DNA of 45,114 bases from an uncultured bacterium (GTDB lineage: Bacteria > Armatimonadota > HRBIN16), in assembly GCA_937132045.1 (NCBI GenBank), contig CAKZNX010000059.1, positions 1 to 45,114 on the forward strand, given 5' to 3'. Of this stretch, positions 38,920-45,114 are shown in pieces. Position 1 is the stretch's first letter. Every line of letters begins with the position of its first letter. The position numbers and the translations under genes were made by a program. The notes beneath the pieces are model-generated. The model saw only the letters and a list, made by a program, of their open reading frames with translations, was not told the origin of the DNA and ran no database searches.

Positions 38920-40050
38920 ATGAAGACGGACAGCTTTCCCCTTTTTCCGCGCACTTTCGCACTGCTAAGTCGTTCTGCGCTGGCACATAACGTGCGGTGG
39001 CTTCGCGAGCGCCTTCCGGCGCGCACGCGGTTGCTCGCGGTCGTCAAGGCAAACGCCTACGGACACGGCGTCGGGGTGGTGGGTCCGGAGCTGGAGCGTC
39101 TCGGCGTGGACGCACTGGGCGTAGCAGCCACTGCCGAAGCGGCGGAGTTGCGTCATGCCGGAGTGTCCGCTCCGCTGTATCTGCTAAGCCCGGTGCTGGC
39201 GGAGGAGGCGTCACGAATCGTTGAGGCGGACGCGGTGTGCCTCCTGCAGGACGTCGAGTTCGCGAGGGCGTTGTCAGCCGAAGCCGTCTCGCGTGGTGTG
39301 GAACTATCGGTTCATCTGAAGGTGGATGTGGGCATGAGCCGGTTCGGCGTTCCACCGGGTCGGGCGGAAGAGGTGGCAGCGGTTGTGGACGCAATGTCGG
39401 GACTGCACCTTGCCGGTATCGTCACGCACTTCCCCTGCGCCGACTCCAATCCAGAGCTGACCCGCCAGCAGTGGCAGCTCTTCGCAAAGGTCGCCGAGCG
39501 GGTGATGAAGCGACTTGGGCGACCGCTCATCCGCCACGCGGCTGCTAGCGCCGGGCTTCTATCGGTGCCCGAGTCTGCCTCGGACATGGTGCGCTGTGGC
39601 GTGCTTGTGTACGGGGTGGCGCCATCGGGTAATAACCCTGCAGCACTCGGCTTGAAACCTGTGCTCTCCCTGCATACCAGGGTGGTGGCGCTTCGGCGGG
39701 TGCCTACCGGCACTCGTGTGGGTTACGGGGGAACCTTCACGGCACGGCGCGAGACGCTGGTGGCGACCCTGCCCGTCGGCTACGGCGACGGCTACCTGCG
39801 CGCGCTTGGCAACCGGGCACAGGTACTCTTGCGCTGCAGGCGTGTGCCCGTCATCGGGCGCGTGTGTATGGATCAGATGATGATCGATGCGACGGATACC
39901 GGTGCCGAAGTGGGGGACCTCGTGACGCTTATCGGCAGGCAGGGCGACGAAGAGATTACAGTCAACGAGATTGCTCGCTGGCTGGATACCACACCGCATG
40001 AGGTTACCACACTGCTGTCTGTTCGTGTTCACCGAATGCTGGTAGATTAG
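38920..40050 (+). CDS. alr: alanine racemase
   Basis: I moved the start to ATG 38920 (MKTDSFPLF...). The PLP-lysine motif [11 protein letters not shown] is present, and the C-terminal domain shows VGYGDGY and CMDQMMID. Confidence 0.9.
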   Translation: MKTDSFPLFPRTFALLSRSALAHNVRWLRERLPARTRLLAVVKANAYGHGVGVVGPELERLGVDALGVAATAEAAELRHAGVSAPLYLLSPVLAEEASRIVEADAVCLLQDVEFARALSAEAVSRGVELSVHLKVDVGMSRFGVPPGRAEEVAAVVDAMSGLHLAGIVTHFPCADSNPELTRQQWQLFAKVAERVMKRLGRPLIRHAAASAGLLSVPESASDMVRCGVLVYGVAPSGNNPAALGLKPVLSLHTRVVALRRVPTGTRVGYGGTFTARRETLVATLPVGYGDGYLRALGNRAQVLLRCRRVPVIGRVCMDQMMIDATDTGAEVGDLVTLIGRQGDEEITVNEIARWLDTTPHEVTTLLSVRVHRMLVD

Positions 40051-41231
40051 GAGCTCGGGTCCAGCCACCTGCCATCCTGCTTCAACAGGCGGATGAGCTC
40101 CTCCACACCTCGCTCCTGAGGGATGTTGTCTTTGACCAGCTCACGTCCGCGGTAGAGGGCGATCTTGCCCGCCGCTCTGCCCACGTAGCCGTAGTCGGCG
40201 TCCGCCATCTCGCCCGGTCCGTTCACGATACAGCCCATCACCGCGATGTCCAGTCCCTTCAGGTGGCGCGTGGCTTCGCGTACCTCGTTCAGCACGGTGG
40301 GCAGGTCAAACTTCGTGCGACCACACGACGGGCAGGCGATATACTCCACCTGCGTTTTGCGCAGCCCGAGCGCCTGCAGGATGTCGTAGCACACCGGTAT
40401 CTCGTTCACGGGGTCCTCCGCCAATGACACCCGGATGGTGTCGCCGATGCCTTCCGCCAGCAGAGTGGCGATACCGGCAGTGCTCTTGATGCGAGCGTAG
40501 ATGCCGTCTCCTGCCTCGGTGACACCAAGGTGGATGGGGTAATCGCGACCGGTTTCCTCCAGACGCTTCGCCAGCAGTCGGTTCGCTGCGAGCATAATGG
40601 GCACGCGGCTCGCCTTCAGGGAGATCACGAGGTCGCGGTACTCGTATTTCTCGCAAATTCCCACATACTCCATCGCGGACTGCACCATGCCTTCCGGAGT
40701 GTCGCCGTAGGTGACAAGCATCCGCTCGCTGAGGCTACCGTGGTTGACGCCAATGCGCATGGCAATACCGCGCTTTTTGCACGTCTCGATGACGGGGTAA
40801 AGCGCCTCTTCGATCGCCTGGCGCTCCTGCTCGTGCTCTTCGGGGCTGTAGTCCTCTGCACGCTGGCGGGGCTTGCGCCACACGAACAGCCCAGGGTTGA
40901 TGCGCACCTTGTCCACGTATTGCGCCACTTCTATGGCGATGTCGCTACCCTGATGATGCACGTCCGCTACCAGCGGCACGCGATAGCCCTTCTTCTCCAG
41001 CAGGTTCCGTATCTCGCCGATACACTGTGCTTCCCGCAGATTGGGAGCCGTCACGCGAACGATCTCCGCCCCAGCATCCCACAGCTGCATCACCTGCCCG
41101 GCGGCGCGTTCCACGTCACTCGTTGGTGCGGTAATCATGGACTGTACGACGATGGGATGTCCTCCGCCAATGGTGATGGCTCCCACACGCACCGGGCGGG
41201 TCTTGCGACGGGGATATTCTATCTGCAACAT
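40047..41231 (-). CDS. ispG: 4-hydroxy-3-methylbut-2-en-1-yl diphosphate synthase (flavodoxin) IspG/GcpE
   Basis: I moved the start to ATG 41231 ([32 protein letters not shown]). Fe-S cysteines are present in IACPSCGRT and [10 protein letters not shown]. Its stop overlaps the alr stop (convergent, 4 nt). Confidence 0.93.
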   Translation of the reverse strand: MLQIEYPRRKTRPVRVGAITIGGGHPIVVQSMITAPTSDVERAAGQVMQLWDAGAEIVRVTAPNLREAQCIGEIRNLLEKKGYRVPLVADVHHQGSDIAIEVAQYVDKVRINPGLFVWRKPRQRAEDYSPEEHEQERQAIEEALYPVIETCKKRGIAMRIGVNHGSLSERMLVTYGDTPEGMVQSAMEYVGICEKYEYRDLVISLKASRVPIMLAANRLLAKRLEETGRDYPIHLGVTEAGDGIYARIKSTAGIATLLAEGIGDTIRVSLAEDPVNEIPVCYDILQALGLRKTQVEYIACPSCGRTKFDLPTVLNEVREATRHLKGLDIAVMGCIVNGPGEMADADYGYVGRAAGKIALYRGRELVKDNIPQERGVEELIRLLKQDGRWLDPSS

Positions 41232-41267
41232 AGTCACCTGTCCGTGTCCGAGTCGAGGTTCTGTAGT

Positions 41268-41297
41268 ATTGTAGCACCTGAAGGCTGCAAAAAACAA
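41268..41297 (-). promoter_or_regulatory. candidate extended -10 promoter for ispG
   Basis: On the minus strand: TTGTTT (41297-41292), an 18-nt spacer, then TGcTACAAT (-10 at 41273-41268). RBS AGGTGA precedes the ATG. Confidence 0.4.
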
Positions 41298-41319
41298 CGG
41301 CGGGAGCAGCGCTCCCGCC
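41286..41319 (-). terminator. rho-independent terminator after the outer-membrane protein gene
   Basis: On the minus strand: GGCGGGAGC, loop GCT, GCTCCCGCC, followed by GTTGTTTTTTG. Confidence 0.65.
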
Positions 41320-41341
41320 GGATGGGGTGTGTCAATCGCTA

Positions 41342-41875
41342 TTAGAAGCGCGCACCCAGAGACACGGCGAAGCCGTTGTGCTCGTTACCGGTGCCGGTCA
41401 AGCCGATGTAGCGGGCGTCGATGAACAGCTTCACTCCGCTTCCCTGTCCCATCGAGATGTCATAGCCCAGCCCGACCGTGTAGGCGAAGCCGGTCTTGGT
41501 GTCGCCGCTTACCGGACGCTTGGCGAAGCCGATGCCAACGCCTGCGACGTAGCTCAAGCCGCTGCCGACCTTGCCCCAGTAGTTGACGAGCACCGGGATA
41601 TTGTACACGTCGCCCGAGCCGTAGTAGTCTACGCTAACGCCCAGGTCAGCGGCATAGCCCTCGCTGATCGCCAGATCGCGCTGCAGGACATAGTCCACAC
41701 CGGCAGCCAGCCAGGTGTTAGCCTCGTCGCGGGAGATGGACTTGCTGGGGAAGAAGGCGCCGATGCGCACACGGAGGTTGTTACCCGTTGTTTCCTCACC
41801 CCACTGTGCGAACGCCGGCACTGCCCAAACCGCCAGCACCGCTACCGCCACGAAAACGAGCCAGAGTCGTTTCAT
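41342..41875 (-). CDS. small outer-membrane beta-barrel protein (OmpX/OmpW-like, about 8 strands)
   Basis: Signal peptide [23 protein letters not shown]|Q, alternating aromatic/Gly-rich strands, and a C-terminal ...SLGARF (terminal Phe). RBS GAGGAGG is upstream. Confidence 0.7.
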   Translation of the reverse strand: MKRLWLVFVAVAVLAVWAVPAFAQWGEETTGNNLRVRIGAFFPSKSISRDEANTWLAAGVDYVLQRDLAISEGYAADLGVSVDYYGSGDVYNIPVLVNYWGKVGSGLSYVAGVGIGFAKRPVSGDTKTGFAYTVGLGYDISMGQGSGVKLFIDARYIGLTGTGNEHNGFAVSLGARF

Positions 41876-41913
41876 GCGAAAGCACCTCCTCGTTGTCTTT
41901 ACAGGTTGTTTGT

Positions 41914-41942
41914 ATTATAGCCTCTTCGCGCAGGGAATGCAA
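41914..41942 (-). promoter_or_regulatory. sigma-70-type promoter for the outer-membrane protein gene
   Basis: On the minus strand: TTGCAT (41942-41937), a 17-nt spacer, then TATAAT (41919-41914). Confidence 0.5.
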
Positions 41943-41964
41943 CACTCCTGCACACTCGGCTACC

Positions 41965-43104
41965 TTAAAGACCGGATAACGGCGCCAGCAGTTTCGCTGT
42001 TTTCTGGGCTACCAGCTCCTCCGCAAATCGCATCGCGTCGTCACGCGCCACAGTCGCGCTGACCAGTGCCTCACAGCCAAGCACCTCCCAGCGGTTCAGC
42101 AGGGTGGGGTCACCGACGAACTCACCGCAGATGACCAGCACAGGCACCCGATGCCGTCGGCAGACACGCAGCACGCGCAGGAGCAGCTTGCCATGCAGGG
42201 TCGTCTCGTCCACACGACCTTCGCCTGTGATGACCAGATCGGCGGTGCGGAGCGCCTGTTCGAAACCCACCGCCTGCATCACATACTCCGCCCCCGACAC
42301 GAGGCGCGCGTGCCGAAAGTGCGCCAGCAGACCAAACGCCAGTCCTCCTGCCGCTCCGGCACCCGGCACTCTGGAAAGCTTTCTGCCTGTCGCCCGATGC
42401 ACGGAAATTGCCCAGCGCCAGAGGGCGCGGTCCATCTCCGGGAGCATCTCCACAGTGGCGCCTTTCTGCGGAGCGAAAACCCTCGTCGCGCCACGCTTGC
42501 CCAGCAAGGGGTTGCGTACATCGGCGGCTATCAGCACCTCGACTCCCTCCAGGCAGCACGGCGAAGGGACAACGCGGTGCAGACCCAGAAGCCCTGAGTT
42601 GCCTGCGGAAATCGGCGCGCCGTCTCTCTCCAGCAGGCGCCAGCCCAGTGCCGCCAGTGCCCCCGAGCCACCGTCGTTGGTCGCACTGCCTCCCAGCCCG
42701 ATAACGAGGCGCTGCACGCCGCGCTGAAGCAGGTGCGCGATCATCTCGCCGACGCCAAATGTGGTTGTGCGGCGCGGGTCGCGCTCCTCAGGACGCAACT
42801 GCACCAGACCGCAGACTTGCGCTATCTCCACAAAGCCCGTTGTGCCGTCCGGGGTCAGCCCAAATGGTGCTTCATGCAGTCTGCCGAGGGCGTCGTGCAC
42901 GACGTGGGTCGACATCTGGCAGACGCCAGCCCGCGCCAAACACTTCAGCATACCGTCACCACCGTCCGCCAGCGGCATGAACAGGGTGTGCGCCTCAGGC
43001 AACACGCGGCGCACGCCATGCTCCATCGCCTCCGCTGCCTGCACCGGGTCCAGACTGCCCTTGAAAGCGGTGGGGGCAAGCACTATCTTGCGGATGCCTC
43101 GCAT
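41965..43104 (-). CDS. glxK: glycerate kinase (GlxK/GarK family)
   Basis: I moved the start to ATG 43104 (MRGIRKIVLAPTAFKGSLDPVQAAEAM...), which is the typical family N-terminus. The motifs GLGGSATNDGGSG and VITGEGRVD are present. Confidence 0.85.
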   Translation of the reverse strand: MRGIRKIVLAPTAFKGSLDPVQAAEAMEHGVRRVLPEAHTLFMPLADGGDGMLKCLARAGVCQMSTHVVHDALGRLHEAPFGLTPDGTTGFVEIAQVCGLVQLRPEERDPRRTTTFGVGEMIAHLLQRGVQRLVIGLGGSATNDGGSGALAALGWRLLERDGAPISAGNSGLLGLHRVVPSPCCLEGVEVLIAADVRNPLLGKRGATRVFAPQKGATVEMLPEMDRALWRWAISVHRATGRKLSRVPGAGAAGGLAFGLLAHFRHARLVSGAEYVMQAVGFEQALRTADLVITGEGRVDETTLHGKLLLRVLRVCRRHRVPVLVICGEFVGDPTLLNRWEVLGCEALVSATVARDDAMRFAEELVAQKTAKLLAPLSGL

Positions 43105-44762
43105 CGGTATATCACCCAGCGACCGTCTTCCCGCTCCTTGACCAGCCTGCATGGCAGGTCTGACGGAGGCGGATTGCGTTTTTCTGCCAGAATATACACG
43201 CGCGATAACGTGCCCATCGCCTCCAGCAGCTGCTCGCGGTTACCGGGTTCGGCGATCTGTGCAGGGTGTCCCATGACAAACCGCAGGCTGGGCCGGCTCG
43301 GCTCGAAAGCGTACACCAGCACGTGCTCGCCGCGCTGCAGCTCGGGTATCAGCGCATAGCCCAACCGATGCAGGGGAGCGATGTCGTAGCTATTCCAGCG
43401 CGGCAAGCCATCGTGACCAATCAGGAAGGCAAACAACAGCCCGAACAGAAGAGCAGTACCCACCACCCGGGGAGTGGAGGACCACCGAGCAAACATGAAT
43501 ACCACACTGAGCACGAACAGCCCAGCCAGCATCAGAGCAAAAGGCGCCATGTGGGCTACCGCCTGCGTCACCTCGGTGGGTACCGGTTTGCCCATCAGCG
43601 TGGCAATCGGTGACTGTCGCCACTGCCAGCCCACCACGCCAGCCAATGCAAATACAGCGCCCAGCAACAGAGCCGTGAAGCCCATCAGCGCTGCCTCGGC
43701 GGGGCGCAGCCCACTGCGCACCGTCCACAGGGATTGTAGCCTGACCGCCACCAGCAGGCATAGGGCGGGCACTGCGGGCAGAACGTAGCCGGGCAGTTTG
43801 GATTTGCTGAGTGAGAAGAAGACCATCACCACCGCCGCCCAGAACGCCCACATCGCCCAGGCGCAGCAAAGCTTCTCCCTGTCGCAACGCCAGCCACTCA
43901 GCGACTGCCATCCGATAATGGGTACAAATGCGCTCCACGGGTACATGCCAGCCAGCAACAGGGGAATGTAGTACCAGAACGGCGCCACATGCCCGAACTC
44001 CTGACCGAGAAAACGCCGGACATGGTGCCGGATGATGTATTCCCGGACGAACTGATCGCCTGACGTCTGCCAGACGGCAATATGCCACGGCAGAACGATA
44101 AGCAGATACACGCCCAGCGCCGGAAGCCACGGGATGCGCCGCAACTCCGTCCAGTCGCGCCTCAAGGCTATCCACAGCACCAGAGCGCCCCCGGGAAGCA
44201 ACAAGCCAATCAGCCCCTTGGTCATGGTCGCAAAGCCGGCACCAGCCGCCATCAGCAGATACCAGCGCCTGTCGCGCGTGTAGCCCTCGATCCAGCCGAT
44301 GACTGCCAGCGTCAGCCACAGGGTGAGCAGGCTATCCATGATTGCCTGTCGGGCAAGCCCCATGGTGAGTGGGCACAGCGGGTAAACAAGCAGCGCCAGC
44401 CAACCTATCCGCTCGAGCCCTCGGCTCTTCGCCCAGCGCCACAATAGCCACGCCGTGAGAGCGGCAGCCAGCGCGGAGGGAAAGCGAGCAGCCAGCGGCG
44501 TGAACCCGAACACCTTCATGCTGAGAGCCTGCAGCCAGTAGGTGAGCGGGGGCTTGTCGAAGAAGGCACCGGTGCCCACGCGCGGCACCAGCCAATCGCC
44601 GGACTCCACCATCTGCCGGGCGGCGGTGGCGTAGAGTCCCTCGTCGAGGTCGAACAGCCCAGCCGCCCCCAGCCCGAAGAAACAACCCAGCACAATGGCG
44701 ATGACCGGCAATCCGACGGGCAGGAGGGTAGCGAGCGGTAATCTGGTCGCGCGCGTCTTCAT
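43083..44762 (-). CDS. ArnT/PMT-type (GT-C, GT83/GT39-like) membrane glycosyltransferase
   Basis: Polytopic, 559 aa. The N-terminal signature is FDLDEGLYATAARQMVESGDWLVP...FFDKPPLTYW. It overlaps the downstream glxK start by 22 nt. Confidence 0.8.
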   Translation of the reverse strand: MKTRATRLPLATLLPVGLPVIAIVLGCFFGLGAAGLFDLDEGLYATAARQMVESGDWLVPRVGTGAFFDKPPLTYWLQALSMKVFGFTPLAARFPSALAAALTAWLLWRWAKSRGLERIGWLALLVYPLCPLTMGLARQAIMDSLLTLWLTLAVIGWIEGYTRDRRWYLLMAAGAGFATMTKGLIGLLLPGGALVLWIALRRDWTELRRIPWLPALGVYLLIVLPWHIAVWQTSGDQFVREYIIRHHVRRFLGQEFGHVAPFWYYIPLLLAGMYPWSAFVPIIGWQSLSGWRCDREKLCCAWAMWAFWAAVVMVFFSLSKSKLPGYVLPAVPALCLLVAVRLQSLWTVRSGLRPAEAALMGFTALLLGAVFALAGVVGWQWRQSPIATLMGKPVPTEVTQAVAHMAPFALMLAGLFVLSVVFMFARWSSTPRVVGTALLFGLLFAFLIGHDGLPRWNSYDIAPLHRLGYALIPELQRGEHVLVYAFEPSRPSLRFVMGHPAQIAEPGNREQLLEAMGTLSRVYILAEKRNPPPSDLPCRLVKEREDGRWVIYRCEASAR

Positions 44763-44856
44763 CCCGCGTTAGATTACCTGAGGAAGGCGTCTGTTCCTGC
44801 CAGCGGGGGTTACGCGCGGATTTGCCTGTGGTTAGATGTGGGGAGGGGAAGCGAGG

Positions 44857-45114
44857 GAGATTGCTTTGTCGCTTCGCTCCTCGCAATGACACGACAGGCA
44901 GTGTGTCATTGCGAGCCTGCCTTCAGTCAGGCGAAGCAATCCCCCACGACCTGCGGGTTGCGAAAGGGGATTGCTTCGTCGCTTCGCTCCTCACAATGAC
45001 ACACGACTCACGGGAGGTGAAGGAGATTGCTTTGTCGCTTCGCTCCTCGCAATGACACACGACTCACGGGAGGTGAAGGAGATTGCTTTGTCGCTTCGCT
45101 CCTCGCAATGACAC
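44857..45114. repeat. palindromic repeat element cluster: four direct copies of a 34-nt core, one split inverted copy, and a 56-bp tandem array running off the window
   Basis: The core GATTGCTT(T/C)GTCGCTTCGCTCCTC(G/A)CAATGACAC occurs at 44859-44892, 44969-45002, 45025-45058 and 45081-45114. The last three copies are separated by the identical 22-mer ACGACTCACGGGAGGTGAAGGA, giving a 56-bp period. The inverted halves are GTGTCATTGCGAG (44903-44915) and GGCGAAGCAATCCCC (44930-44944). Confidence 0.8.

Noticed and set aside
44332-45055. ORFs 44332-44892 (-) and 44822-45055 (+) as small proteins
   Set aside because: They are read-throughs of the repeat element (SLRGAKRQSNL / CFVASLLTMT pseudo-peptides). 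The first also runs antisense-shifted over the ArnT-like gene.
44857-45114. Possible CRISPR array (regularly spaced 34-nt repeats)
   Set aside because: The 22-nt 'spacers' are identical to each other and too short. The first copies are irregularly spaced and include inverted partial copies. No cas genes or leader are in view. It is a tandem/palindromic repeat element and not CRISPR, although the array does continue beyond the window.

Overview
GC-rich (about 60-65% by eye) bacterial chromosomal segment, almost entirely housekeeping and carbohydrate-metabolism genes. I found no mobile element, CRISPR-cas locus, toxin-antitoxin pair, or recognisable defence or secretion system.

Layout:
- 1-9.3 kb: glycan and sugar utilisation genes. 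These are a ROK kinase (5'-partial), a Tat-signal Gfo/Idh/MocA oxidoreductase, a GH51 arabinofuranosidase, a GH38 alpha-mannosidase, a PAP2 phosphatase, and an MDR-like dehydrogenase translationally coupled to a TIM-barrel isomerase.
- 9.3-17.9 kb: mixed housekeeping genes. These are a DAG-kinase-family lipid kinase, a FadD-like acyl-CoA ligase, YjbQ, a DUF1343/NamZ-like protein, an SdpI/DUF1648 membrane protein, gyrB, and a secreted alpha/beta hydrolase.
- 18.1-36.1 kb: a complete, very compact dcw cluster on the + strand, in the order mraZ-rsmH-ftsL-ftsI-murE-murF-mraY-murD-ftsW-murG-murC-ddl-ftsQ-DUF881-sbp(DUF1290)-ftsA-ftsZ. It has no murB and many ATGA start/stop overlaps.
- 36.1-44.8 kb: a TIM-barrel epimerase/isomerase divergent from PfkB kinase, class II aldolase and alr; then on the minus strand ispG, a small outer-membrane beta-barrel protein, glycerate kinase and an ArnT/PMT-type glycosyltransferase.
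- 44.86 kb to the window end: a palindromic repeat element, including a 56-bp tandem array cut off by the window edge.

Most of the long ORFs in the six-frame track that lie antisense to, or N-terminally extend, these genes are GC-rich shadow ORFs. Several track 'M' starts are actually GTG or TTG codons.

The most interesting non-coding signals are:
- three tandem 11-bp GTGG-core repeats between a consensus promoter and mraZ, a candidate MraZ operator;
- two AT-rich palindromes just upstream of that promoter;
- an AT-rich TAATACT island between ftsI and murE;
- the terminal repeat array.

The outer-membrane beta-barrel gene together with the Firmicute-like DUF881-sbp insertion suggests a diderm lineage. 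Armatimonadota-like is only a low-confidence guess. All functional calls come from motif recognition in the translations, and no database search was possible.
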